Shown here in pieces: positions 44,262-53,435 of a stretch of DNA of 64,000 nucleotides. Every line of letters begins with the position of its first letter. Within the stretch, counting starts at the first letter, position 1. Position numbers and translations under genes: made by a program. This DNA comes from Corallococcus exiguus. GTDB taxonomy: Bacteria > Myxococcota > Myxococcia > Myxococcales > Myxococcaceae. The DNA lies in NCBI RefSeq assembly GCF_017302975.1, contig NZ_JAFIMT010000003.1, one strand, 5' to 3'. Under the pieces are notes generated by a model. The model ran no database searches. It had not been told where the DNA came from and was given only the letters and a program-made list of their open reading frames with translations.

Positions 44262-45269
44262 GTGTCCCGGCCCCGGTTGATCAAAGAGAACTCCGCGCCG
44301 CTCTCCCTGCCCCGAGAGCAGCTCATCCGCATCCATGACCTGATGGTGAAGGCGCGCGTCCTGGAGGAGCGCCTGATCCAGATGTACAAGCAGGGCCACG
44401 GCTACTTCTGGATCGGCGGTCCCGGTGAGGAGGCGTTCAACGTCCCCCTGGGCATGCTGATGAAGGTCGGCGAGGGCCCGGCCTATGACTACCTGCACGC
44501 GCACTACCGCCAGTCCGCGACGCTGCTCGCCATGGGCGAGGAGCCCATCGGGGCGCTGCGGCAGATGAAGAACACGGCCACGGACCCCTACTCCGGCGGC
44601 CGCAACTTCGCGGGCCACTTCAGCCGGCGCTCGAAGAACATCGCGCCTGTCACCTCCCCCATCGAGGTGCAGTACGCCATCGCGCCGGGCACGGCCATGG
44701 CCCAGAAGCGCCACGGCGGCGACGGCATCACCATCGTCACCGGCGGCGACGCGGGCACGGCCGAGGGCGATTTCGCCAGCTGCCTCATCTGGAGCAGCCG
44801 CCCGGCCAACCCGCTCCCCATCCTGATCATCGTCACCAACAACAAGTGGGGCATCAGCACCACTTCGGACGGCCAGCACGGCGAGACGAACATCAGCGAC
44901 CGCGCGCGCGCCTTCAACATCCAGGCGAAGACCATCAACGGCAATGATCCGGTGGAGGCCTACCAGGAGCTCCAGGCCGCGATGGAGTACGTGCGCAAGG
45001 AGCGCAAGCCCTTCTTCATCGAGGCGCGCGTGTCGCGCCTGTACGGGCACTCGTCCGCGTCCGGCGCCAACTTCGTGAACGAGGAGCAGGACTGCCTGCG
45101 CCTGTTCGAGGCGCGGCTGGAGCAGGAAGGCGTCCTCAGCCGCGAGCAGATGGACGAGGCGCGCACCCGGTATTCGGAGGAACTGGCCGCCGCCGCGCGC
45201 ACCGTGCGCGACGAGCCGCAGCCCTCTGGCGACACCATCTGGGAACACATCTACGCGGAGAAGAAATAA
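44262..45269 (+). CDS. branched-chain 2-oxo acid dehydrogenase E1 component, alpha subunit (TPP-dependent)
   Basis: TPP-binding motif GDG..TEGDF...NN.WGIST (GGDAGTAEGDFASCLIW...TNNKWGISTT). The phosphorylation-loop-like YGHSSASGA is present. GTG start at 44262. Arrangement matches the esg-type E1 alpha/beta locus of M. xanthus. Confidence 0.9.
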   Translation: MSRPRLIKENSAPLSLPREQLIRIHDLMVKARVLEERLIQMYKQGHGYFWIGGPGEEAFNVPLGMLMKVGEGPAYDYLHAHYRQSATLLAMGEEPIGALRQMKNTATDPYSGGRNFAGHFSRRSKNIAPVTSPIEVQYAIAPGTAMAQKRHGGDGITIVTGGDAGTAEGDFASCLIWSSRPANPLPILIIVTNNKWGISTTSDGQHGETNISDRARAFNIQAKTINGNDPVEAYQELQAAMEYVRKERKPFFIEARVSRLYGHSSASGANFVNEEQDCLRLFEARLEQEGVLSREQMDEARTRYSEELAAAARTVRDEPQPSGDTIWEHIYAEKK

Positions 45270-45271
45270 CC

Positions 45272-46327
45272 ATGGCGAACATGGCACAGGCCATCCGCAT
45301 GGCCCTGCACTACGCGGAAGAGAACCTGGGCGTCACCGACATCTTCGGCGAGGACGTGGGCGCCCCGCTGGGCGGCGTCTTCACCTGCACGCAGGGCCTG
45401 AAGACGGCGTGGAACAGCCCCCTGGACGAGCGCGGCATCATCGGCGCGGCCATGGGCCTGGCGATGGCGGGCCACCGCCCCGTCGCGGAGATCCAGTTCT
45501 GCGACTACATCTACAACACCATCGACCTGCTCAAGCTCGTGGGCAACACGCACTGGTCCACGAACGGTGACTGGGCGGTGCCCATGGTGGTGCGCACGCC
45601 CGTGGGCAGCGGCATCCGCGGGTCGCTGTACCACTCGCATTCCTTCGACGCGACGATGACGCACATCCCCGGCTGGAAGGTCGTCATGCCCTCCACGCCG
45701 CTGGACGCGTACGGTCTGCTCATCTCCGCGTGCCAGGAACCCAATCCCGTCATGTTCCTGGAGCCCAAGGCGCTCCTGCGCGTGAAGGGCGACGAGCGCA
45801 TCCCGGGCGAGCCCGACGACGACCGCGCGCTGTCGAAGATGATCGACGCGCCCCTGGGTGACCGCTCGCAGTGGAAGCCCCAGTGGCCCCTGGTGGAAGG
45901 GTTCGCCATCCCCATTGGCAAGGGCAAGCTCGTGCGCGAGGGCACCCAGGCCACGGTCATCAGCTACGGCCGCACCATGCCCCTGTGCATCAAGGCCGCC
46001 GCCCAGCTGGAGGAGGAAGGCCTGAGCGTGGAGGTCATCGACCTGCGCTCGCTCTGGCCGTACGACTGGGAGATGATCAAGGCCTCCGTCCAGAAGACGG
46101 GCCGCGTGCTCTTCGTCAACGAGGACACGGAGGTCACCAACTTCGGCGAGCACCTGGTCCGGCGCACCGTGGAGGAGCTGTTCTACTCGCTGCTCGCGCC
46201 GCCCCGGCTGGTCGCCGGCAAGTTCGTCCCGGGCATCGGCCTGGCGGACGCGCTGGAGATGGCGTCCGTGCCGCAGCAGAACGACGTCACCACCGCCCTG
46301 CGCAACCTCTGCCGCGAGCAGCCGTAA
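45272..46327 (+). CDS. branched-chain 2-oxo acid dehydrogenase E1 component, beta subunit (transketolase-like)
   Basis: The ATG is 2 nt after the alpha-subunit stop codon. Conserved E1-beta sequence (FGEDVG..GGVF..T.GL, FNTPL.E.GI.G.A.G.A..G.RP...IQF.DY). Confidence 0.9.
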   Translation: MANMAQAIRMALHYAEENLGVTDIFGEDVGAPLGGVFTCTQGLKTAWNSPLDERGIIGAAMGLAMAGHRPVAEIQFCDYIYNTIDLLKLVGNTHWSTNGDWAVPMVVRTPVGSGIRGSLYHSHSFDATMTHIPGWKVVMPSTPLDAYGLLISACQEPNPVMFLEPKALLRVKGDERIPGEPDDDRALSKMIDAPLGDRSQWKPQWPLVEGFAIPIGKGKLVREGTQATVISYGRTMPLCIKAAAQLEEEGLSVEVIDLRSLWPYDWEMIKASVQKTGRVLFVNEDTEVTNFGEHLVRRTVEELFYSLLAPPRLVAGKFVPGIGLADALEMASVPQQNDVTTALRNLCREQP

Positions 46328-46447
46328 GCGCTGGCCCGGGTTTCCGCCTACACCGCAGAAAGACATCCGGGCCGCCGTTCCTCTTTGGAGGCCGGCGGCC
46401 CAGTCGTTAGAATCCCAACTTCCGTGTCCCAGCCCATCGTCCGCACC

Positions 46448-46918
46448 ATGACCCCCGCCCCAGACGCCAACGCCTTCCGCATCCGCCGCGCGCGTCGCGG
46501 TGACGCCGAGGTCATGGCCCAGCTGCTGCGCGAGCTGGGCTACCCCCAGGGCACCGATCAGCAGACGGTGCACTGGGTCATCAGCCATCCGGAGATTGAA
46601 ATCTTCGTCGCGGGAGACCCCCAGGACCGCGCGGTGGGCATGGTGTCCTTCAGCCACCGGCCGCAGCTGCGGCTGCGCGGGCGCGTGGCCACCGTGGACG
46701 AGTTGGTGGTGTCGGAGGGCTGGCGCCGCAGGGGCGTGGGCCGCGCGCTGCTCGCGCAGGTGGCCCAGCGGGGCAAGGTGCTGAGCGTGAAGCAGCTGCA
46801 GCTCATCGCCCCCATCAACGTCACCGAGGAGACGCGCGCCTTCTACCGGGCGTGCGGCTACGTGGAAGGTGACTCCGGGGTGTTCCGCCACGCGGAGTAC
46901 GAGCTGCCCCAGCGGTAG
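46448..46918 (+). CDS. GNAT-family N-acetyltransferase
   Basis: Acetyl-CoA-binding motif VSEGWRRRGVGRALL (Q/RxxGxG/A). ATG (MTPAPDANAF...) at 46448. Confidence 0.75.
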   Translation: MTPAPDANAFRIRRARRGDAEVMAQLLRELGYPQGTDQQTVHWVISHPEIEIFVAGDPQDRAVGMVSFSHRPQLRLRGRVATVDELVVSEGWRRRGVGRALLAQVAQRGKVLSVKQLQLIAPINVTEETRAFYRACGYVEGDSGVFRHAEYELPQR

Positions 46919-46976
46919 CGAGAAGTACCGCGAGGGCCCGGCGTCCTGGCCGGGCTCCTTCGCGGAGTGAAGCGTT

Positions 46977-47333
46977 TCAGCGCTTGAAGCTCGCGATGAC
47001 TCGGCGCAGGCGCTCGTGGTCCTCTTCGCTCACGTCGATGAAGCGCACGCCGATGGCCTCCGCCTCGTCGCGCACCCAGGCGACCACGGCGGTGAGGTGG
47101 AAGTCCTCCCCGTCGATGACCATGGCCAGCCGCACCTGCGCGCCCACGTCGTAGGACTTGCGCGTGCGCAGGCACAGACCGCCGGCGGACACATTCAGGG
47201 AGTAGGCCCGCAGCGCGCGCGCCGCGTCCTCCATCTGCTCGAAGCGCACTTCGAACCGCGCCGCCACGCGCTCCTCGGCGCGACGGTTCATGTACGGGTC
47301 TGGCTCCACCGGCCCATCCAACTTCGTGTTCAT
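46977..47333 (-). CDS. PilZ-domain (c-di-GMP-binding) protein
   Basis: RRAEERV (RxxxR) and DVSEED/NVSAGG (D/NxSxxG) motifs. Start at the ATG at 47333; alternative at 47291. Confidence 0.7.
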   Translation of the reverse strand: MNTKLDGPVEPDPYMNRRAEERVAARFEVRFEQMEDAARALRAYSLNVSAGGLCLRTRKSYDVGAQVRLAMVIDGEDFHLTAVVAWVRDEAEAIGVRFIDVSEEDHERLRRVIASFKR

Positions 47334-47460
47334 GCGCACCCTGACCCCCTCGGTTCTCGGACCGGAAGTGTCGGCTGGTTTCCAGGCCCGGTTCAAGGGC
47401 CCACGGACAACGGAATGGCTCGTGTAAGTCCCAGGCTACTTCGAAGCCAGGAGTTTCCGG

Positions 47461-48351
47461 ATGAGTGCACGTCTCGTGTTGTTGGGTGGAGCCCTGATGT
47501 TGGGGCTGTGGGTGGCGGGCTGCGATGACGGAGAAACTGTCCGCCCGCCAACGGATGGGGGCACGTCCCTGGATTCCGGGACCGATGCCGGTGATTCCGG
47601 GACTGTCGATGCTGGCGATGGCGGCGGTGGTGGAAGCTCCGACTTCGCGTGCAACGTGGCGAAGCAGGAGGGCTGCGCCGCGGGCCAGAGCTGTCTCTAC
47701 ACGGACCTGGCGGATGGCGGCACGGGCAGCCAGTGCTTCGCGGCCGCGTGCGACGTGGTCCGTCAGGACTGTCCGTCCGGACAGCGGTGCACCTACGTGG
47801 GAACGGACGCCGGCACCGCCGCGCGCCAGTGCGTCGCCGCGGGCACCGCCACGGAGGGCGCGCCGTGCACGCTGGCCGAGTCGCCTCCGGGCCAGACGTA
47901 TGACACGTGCGCGTCAGGCCTGTACTGCAAGGACGAGTCGCGGGACGACGGCGGCATCGGCTTCTTCTGCCGCAAGCTGTGCCACGCGCCGTCCGACTGC
48001 GGATCCGGCGAGTGCAACACCGTGCTGCGACTGTCCGGCACGCGAGAGCTGCCGCTGGTGTGTGGCCCCGCGTCCGCGAGCTGTGATGCGTTCGCTCAGG
48101 ACTGCGAGAGCCCGCTGGGCTGCTACCCCGCCGCCAACGGCCCGGTGTGCGCGGGCCAGGGGGCGCTGGCGGAAGGCGCCTCGTGCGAGTTCAGCAACCA
48201 GTGTTCACGGGGCAGCACCTGCGTGATGGCCGACGGCAGCGGCACGTGCCGGACGCTGTGCCGCACGCCCGCGGGCTCACCCGGGTGTGCGAACGGCGTG
48301 ACCTGCCGGCCCATCAACAACAACGGCGATGTGGGGGCCTGCGTCCCGTAG
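47461..48351 (+). CDS. Cys-rich repeat lipoprotein (secreted)
   Basis: Lipobox LWVAGC. About 28 Cys in repeated C..G..C / CxxxxC modules, Gly/Asp-rich. Typical of myxobacterial extracellular Cys-repeat proteins. Confidence 0.7.
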   Translation: MSARLVLLGGALMLGLWVAGCDDGETVRPPTDGGTSLDSGTDAGDSGTVDAGDGGGGGSSDFACNVAKQEGCAAGQSCLYTDLADGGTGSQCFAAACDVVRQDCPSGQRCTYVGTDAGTAARQCVAAGTATEGAPCTLAESPPGQTYDTCASGLYCKDESRDDGGIGFFCRKLCHAPSDCGSGECNTVLRLSGTRELPLVCGPASASCDAFAQDCESPLGCYPAANGPVCAGQGALAEGASCEFSNQCSRGSTCVMADGSGTCRTLCRTPAGSPGCANGVTCRPINNNGDVGACVP

Positions 48352-48566
48352 GCAACGGATTGCCCACGGAAGGAAGCTTCTCCGCCCGGTTGGCGAGCGC
48401 GCGGGTCCTCCAGGGGTCCGGCCCGCCACCGCGTGGGGGAAGTCCTGCGCCTTGCGTGCCCGGCCTGGGGCTGTTCACGGTCCGCGGCCATTGGCTCGCG
48501 CCATGAATCCCCGGGTCGCCACGCGGGCACATCGTGCACATTGTCTTGCGCCGGGAGGTCGTGGGC

Positions 48567-49844
48567 ATGGGTCTGAGGATGGCGCTGCGCTGGGGGTGTT
48601 TCGGTGCCCTGAGCGTGCTGGTGGGGTGTGGAGGCATGGATGACGGCCGCTCGCCCGAGGAGTCCTCCGGGCCGGGCCGTACGGACGCGGAGGTGAACGC
48701 GCCCGCCGCCACGGAGTCCGTGGAGGCCGCCCCCACGCTGACGCTGCATGACGGGCACCAGGTGCAGGCCACTCCGCCCGTGGCGCCCCTGCCCACGAAG
48801 TTCCAGCCCGCCTTCCATCAGTCGCTGCGCGAATCCGTCTCCGTGGGGAGCTTCACCACGTACCGGATCAAGGTGCCCCTGGGGCGCGCGGGCGGCCGTG
48901 TGCGCGTCACCTTCCGCTCCGGCGACGGCGGCCTGACGCTGCAACGGGCCACGGTGGCGAAGGCCGGCGCCAACGGCGCGCTGGGCTCCGCGCCGGTGGC
49001 GCTCACCTTCGGCGGACAAGCGGGCTTCACCACGGGCACGCGCACGCTGGTGACGTCGGATCCCATCGCCTTCCCCGTGGGCTTCCGCGACGAGGTGGCC
49101 ATCTCCTTCGAGGTGAAGGGGGCGCTGGGCAAGAGCCGCATCCAGGCGTTCCCGGACAGCTGGATGAGGACCGGCGCCTTCGCGACGACGCAGGGCGCGC
49201 TGGGCGGACAGGCCTGGGAATACGCCACGGGTGTGGCGACGGTGGACGTGGAAGGCGCGCCGGGCCGGGCCTTCGTCGCCATTGGAGACAGCATCACCGA
49301 GGGCTACACGGGCACGTGGAACGACACGCGCAACGCGTGGCCATCGCGGGTGGAGAAGCAGCTCGGGGTGCCGGTGGTGAACTCGGGCGCGTCCGGGCAG
49401 GGCTTCTGGGACGCGAACCTCCAGTTGCCGCAAGAGGTGCTGTCCCTGCAGGGCGTCACCGACTGCGTCGTCCTGCTGGGCGTCAACGACCTGGCCGCGG
49501 AGGGCATGACGGTGCCGAAGCTGCAGCAGCGCATGACGCAGCTGCTGGATCAGCTCCAGCCCATGTGCAACCTGTGGGTCAGCACGCTGCTGCCCAAGGA
49601 GAAGATGGGCGCGGACGGTGGTGACTTCGAGCTGATGAAGGCCCAGCGCCGCGAGTTCAACGCGTGGCTGCGCTCCCTGACGCGCGCGCAGGTCATCGAC
49701 CTGGAGGCCGTGACGCGCCAGCCGGGCAACGTGGACCTCTTCATCGACGGGCTGGAGGTGGACGGCATCCACCCGTCCGTGGAAGGCCACCGGGTCATGG
49801 CGGACGAGGCGGCCCGGACCCTCAAGGCGAAGGGCGGTCTGTAG
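48567..49844 (+). CDS. SGNH/GDSL-family hydrolase lipoprotein with N-terminal beta-domain
   Basis: Lipobox LVGCGG from the ATG at 48567. Block I GDSITEG, and a DGIHP block V containing the catalytic His. Confidence 0.8.
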   Translation: MGLRMALRWGCFGALSVLVGCGGMDDGRSPEESSGPGRTDAEVNAPAATESVEAAPTLTLHDGHQVQATPPVAPLPTKFQPAFHQSLRESVSVGSFTTYRIKVPLGRAGGRVRVTFRSGDGGLTLQRATVAKAGANGALGSAPVALTFGGQAGFTTGTRTLVTSDPIAFPVGFRDEVAISFEVKGALGKSRIQAFPDSWMRTGAFATTQGALGGQAWEYATGVATVDVEGAPGRAFVAIGDSITEGYTGTWNDTRNAWPSRVEKQLGVPVVNSGASGQGFWDANLQLPQEVLSLQGVTDCVVLLGVNDLAAEGMTVPKLQQRMTQLLDQLQPMCNLWVSTLLPKEKMGADGGDFELMKAQRREFNAWLRSLTRAQVIDLEAVTRQPGNVDLFIDGLEVDGIHPSVEGHRVMADEAARTLKAKGGL

Positions 49845-49933
49845 CTGGAAAGCGCACGGAGGGTTTGAATAGGTTCGCGGCCGTTGCGTCCAGGCGGTGT
49901 CCCCGTCTTTCACAACTCCCGGAGCTTTCCCCC

Positions 49934-50287
49934 ATGCGCGCCCTTCCCACCGCCCTCGTCGTCGCCTGCCTCGCCCTGCCCTCGCTCGCCCACGCGGGCT
50001 CGCTGCGGTGTGGCAACAAGCTCGTGTCGGAGGGGGCGTCGCAGGCGGACGCGGTGGCCAAGTGCGGCCAGCCCGTGTCGACCGAGACCAAGCGCGAGCG
50101 CGTGACCAACAAGTCCCGGGAAGGCAGGCGGGACGGGTCGCGCCGCGGGGACTCGTCCACGGAGGTCTCGACCTCGAGCAGCGTGGAGGAGTGGACCTAC
50201 AACTTCGGGCCCAACCGGCTGATGCAGGTGGCCATCTTCCGCGACGGCCTGCTGGTGGACGTGCGCAGCGGCGGCTACGGCTACTGA
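49934..50287 (+). CDS. small secreted protein (DUF2845-like), copy 1
   Basis: Signal peptide MRALPTALVVACLALPSLAHA, two Cys (C-x17-C), and a conserved C-terminal EEWTYNFGPNRLMQVAIFRDGLLVDVRSGGYGY. ATG at 49934. Confidence 0.7.
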   Translation: MRALPTALVVACLALPSLAHAGSLRCGNKLVSEGASQADAVAKCGQPVSTETKRERVTNKSREGRRDGSRRGDSSTEVSTSSSVEEWTYNFGPNRLMQVAIFRDGLLVDVRSGGYGY

Positions 50288-50366
50288 GTTCAGAGCGGTT
50301 GAATAGCTTCGGGGCCGCTGCGTCCAGGCCGTGTTCCCCGCCTTTTCTCCTCCTCGGAGCGTCCCC

Positions 50367-50720
50367 ATGCGCGCCCTTCCCGCCGCCCTCGTCGTCGCCG
50401 GCCTCGCCCTGCCCTCCCTCGTCCACGCGTCCGCGCTGCGCTGTGACAACAAGATCGTGTCGGAAGGAGCTTCGCAGGTGGACGCGCTGGCCAAGTGTGG
50501 CCAGCCCGTGGCGAAGCAGAGCAAGACGGAGTACGTGACCCACAAGGTCAAGGAAGGGGCGCGGGGTGAGACGCGCTACGGGGAGGCCTCCACGGAGGTC
50601 ACGACCTCCACGACCGTGGAGGAGTGGACCTACAACTTCGGGCCCCACCGGTTGATCCAGGTGGCCATCTTCCGTGACGGCCGGCTGGTGGACGTGCGCA
50701 GCGGTTCCTACGGCTACTGA
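50367..50720 (+). CDS. small secreted protein (DUF2845-like), copy 2 (tandem paralogue)
   Basis: About 70% identical to copy 1, including signal peptide and C-terminus. ATG at 50367. Its upstream non-coding leader is also duplicated. Confidence 0.7.
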   Translation: MRALPAALVVAGLALPSLVHASALRCDNKIVSEGASQVDALAKCGQPVAKQSKTEYVTHKVKEGARGETRYGEASTEVTTSTTVEEWTYNFGPHRLIQVAIFRDGRLVDVRSGSYGY

Positions 50721-52624
50721 GACCCCAGGTACTGCTCCAGTTGCTGGCGCATGATCTCCGGCCGCCGGATCAGCGCTGAGCGGAAGAACAGGAGGTTCTC
50801 GCGCCAGCCCTCCATGGAGGCTGGCTGACTCCAGCGCGCCACCTGGTCGGGCATCTCCAGCGCCAGCGCCTCCGCCGCCGCGTCCAGGGCCGCCGTCACC
50901 CGCTCCTCGGCGAAGGTGTGCTCGATGTGCCAGAGGAAGCGCTCGATGAAGCGGGCCTTGAACTCCGGCGACTGGAGCAGGCTCCTCAAGAGCTGCGTGG
51001 ACCAGGCCCCCGCGTCCGACTGGGCGTCCAACACGCGCCCCAGGCTGTCGTGGTCCGGACCGTGGAACAGGGCGGCGTCCAGGTCGTACACGAGCCAGCG
51101 CCAACGGCCGTCATGTCCATGGGGCGCGTCCGGCTCCAGCTTCTTCGTGCGCAGCCGCCAGAACTTCACGTTGTTCTGCGGCCAGTCCGAGTTGCCCAGG
51201 TACAGCTGCGCGACCTGGTATTCGATGAAGTCCTCCACGTCCATCCGCGTGCGCACCCAGGCGAAGTGCTCCGGCACCGCCAGGTCGTGCGTCGCCACGT
51301 AGTCGATGAGCTCCCGGTAGGGCAGCTCGTCCCCCTCCTCCCCTACGTCCAGGGCCGCGTCGTTCTCCAGGATGACGGCCTTCTTGCGGTCCACGCCGTA
51401 GTGTGACGCCAGGTAGTACTCGTCCAGGCGCTCGCGCAGCTCGTGCAGCCCCCAGTACTCGCCATTGAGGAACACGAGCGTGGGACGGCAGGCCTGGAGC
51501 GCGAGCCGCGTCTCGGCCAGCAGGCCCTGCAGCATGCAGTCGCGCAGCTTGGTGACGCCCTGGTCCTGTCCGGACGTGCGCGCGATGAGCCGGGTGAACT
51601 CCGTCACCGGGGAGCCGGGGAACACCGGCCCCGCGAACGTCTTGGGGCCGTAGTCCTCCTTCGCGTACAGCCGCAGGCTCTTCTGCGGAAACGCCGCGCT
51701 GCCAGAACCGTGGATGCGCACGCCCGCGTCCTGGGCGAACACGCGCTGGCCAGAAGTCTCGAACCACTCCACGTGGACGGGGCGCTCCCACTCCTTGCCG
51801 TTCTGCATGTAGTTGGCGGCGAGCGGCTCATCGGGCCAGGCCTCGGCGGCGAGGCCAGGGACGTAGATGCCCGTCTCCGGGCCGAAGAAGTTCGCCGCGT
51901 CGGTGACGAGCGACAGCACCGGCAGCGTGTACGGCGCCCGGCCAATGACGAACGTGCGCGTGCGGACCGGACCCACCGGCTCCGTGCCCGCGAACTGCCG
52001 GTAACGCACCACCGCGACCTGGGGCGGCGCCTCCAGCGGCGCGACCCACCGCAGGACTTCCGGGGCATCCCGCGGCGTCGTGGGGACGAAGGACCACCGC
52101 GCCGGAGGCGAGGAGCGCGCCAGCAGCGCGATGGGGGCCGTGTAGCGCGACGACTCGGGCGTGGGCGTGGAGCCGTCCCGCGTGAAGTACGTCCGCAGCC
52201 CCTGGGCCGTGGGCAACGCCAGCAGCGTCTCCGGTTGATAGAGCCCGGGCCGCGCGTCGAACGTCAGGTGCTGGAAGTCGACGCGGGCCCGCACCTCGGC
52301 CCCCTGCCTGTCGCGCGCCACCACCTCCAGCGACAGCGCGCGCCGGCCCGGCCACCAGGGCAGGCTCCAGCGGCCACTGTCGATGTCGGCATGGCCCAGG
52401 AAGCGCCCGTCCTCGTACACCTGCACCCGTGACGGCCCGGCGTCGCTCGCCACCGTGCCGAACAGCCGGTGCGTGTCCGGTTCGTGCCCGTCGATGGTGA
52501 CGCGAGGCCCGGTGGGCGGTGGAAGCTCGGCCTCATTCAGCCGCCGCTCGGGGGCGGGCTCACAGCCGGCCCCGGCGAGAAGGAGGAGACCCAGGACGAA
52601 GGACGCGAAGTGACGGAGACGCAT
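50714..52624 (-). CDS. CotH-family (atypical kinase fold) lipoprotein
   Basis: Lipobox LLLAGAGC. The CotH-like core VFLNGEYWGLHELRERLD and downstream conserved blocks. ATG at 52622-52624. Its end overlaps copy 2 of the duplicated gene by 7 nt. Confidence 0.7.
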   Translation of the reverse strand: MRLRHFASFVLGLLLLAGAGCEPAPERRLNEAELPPPTGPRVTIDGHEPDTHRLFGTVASDAGPSRVQVYEDGRFLGHADIDSGRWSLPWWPGRRALSLEVVARDRQGAEVRARVDFQHLTFDARPGLYQPETLLALPTAQGLRTYFTRDGSTPTPESSRYTAPIALLARSSPPARWSFVPTTPRDAPEVLRWVAPLEAPPQVAVVRYRQFAGTEPVGPVRTRTFVIGRAPYTLPVLSLVTDAANFFGPETGIYVPGLAAEAWPDEPLAANYMQNGKEWERPVHVEWFETSGQRVFAQDAGVRIHGSGSAAFPQKSLRLYAKEDYGPKTFAGPVFPGSPVTEFTRLIARTSGQDQGVTKLRDCMLQGLLAETRLALQACRPTLVFLNGEYWGLHELRERLDEYYLASHYGVDRKKAVILENDAALDVGEEGDELPYRELIDYVATHDLAVPEHFAWVRTRMDVEDFIEYQVAQLYLGNSDWPQNNVKFWRLRTKKLEPDAPHGHDGRWRWLVYDLDAALFHGPDHDSLGRVLDAQSDAGAWSTQLLRSLLQSPEFKARFIERFLWHIEHTFAEERVTAALDAAAEALALEMPDQVARWSQPASMEGWRENLLFFRSALIRRPEIMRQQLEQYLGSQ

Positions 52625-52702
52625 GAGGGTCTCCGTCCTGTACCAGACAATGCTTTGACCTCACACTGCCCTGTGACACAGCGCGGCGGGAAGCCCCCTC
52701 CC

Positions 52703-53425
52703 TCAAGCGGCGGGCGAGGTGGCCTCGAGCAGGCCGTGCTTCTGGAGGAGCGCGGCCAGCGCGGGCGGCGCGAGCATCCAGTCCTCGCGCGTGGGCACCC
52801 AGCGCACGGGGGCTCCGGCGGCGGCGAGCCGCGCGTTCACCTCCGCGATCATCGGGACGAAGGTGGGCTGGGGCACGTCCCAGCTCCCCACGCCGGCCTG
52901 GACCTCCACGGCTCCGGGCTCCACGCGCACCGCGGGCTGGCCCTGCACCGGCTGGATGACGAACCCCGGCAGGTACGGCTGCATGGCGGCGGACAGCCGC
53001 TCCAGCAGCGTCGGGTCCTCGAAGGGGTGGGCGCCCTCCAGGTCGAAGAAGGTGGGCAGCTGCGCCTGGAGCTCGTCGCGCAGCGGGTTGTCCTTGCTGT
53101 CGCGCCAGGCGTGCTCGGCCAGGACGCGGGCCTCATGGGGGATGCGGATCTCCCAGCGCTCCAGCAGCGCGAGCAGCTCCGCCACGCGCTCCACCTCTTC
53201 CCAGGGTGGCTCCACGCGCGTGAGCCAGGACACCTCCGACACCGTCTCTCCCCGGCGAAGGCCCGTCACCCGGTCCCCCTTGCGCAGCTGGAAGGGAGGA
53301 GCCTGGGTGAACTCCGGATCCGGATAGAGGGCGGTGTGCAGCAACCCCGTGCCTGCTTCCGGTCGCACGCGCGCGAAGCCGTGCTTGGGGTTGATCTCCT
53401 CCACGATGAACGTGTCCTGGGCCAT
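52703..53425 (-). CDS. hypothetical protein
   Basis: Protein-like composition. Starts 10 nt after the ppc stop on the same strand, with a 78-nt gap to the CotH-like gene. Confidence 0.5.
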   Translation of the reverse strand: MAQDTFIVEEINPKHGFARVRPEAGTGLLHTALYPDPEFTQAPPFQLRKGDRVTGLRRGETVSEVSWLTRVEPPWEEVERVAELLALLERWEIRIPHEARVLAEHAWRDSKDNPLRDELQAQLPTFFDLEGAHPFEDPTLLERLSAAMQPYLPGFVIQPVQGQPAVRVEPGAVEVQAGVGSWDVPQPTFVPMIAEVNARLAAAGAPVRWVPTREDWMLAPPALAALLQKHGLLEATSPAA

Positions 53426-53435
53426 GGTCTCTTCT

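Larger units (their letters stand above)
49862..50722 (+). repeat. tandem duplication (2 x ~430 bp), each unit = leader plus small secreted protein gene
   Basis: The direct repeat begins gtt(t)gaatag(g/c)ttcg(c/g)ggccg(t/c)tgcgtccaggc and ends ...gtggacgtgcgcagcgg(c/t)(g/t)(g/c)ctacggctactga. The 3' ends of the coding regions are nearly identical at the nucleotide level. Confidence 0.8.
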
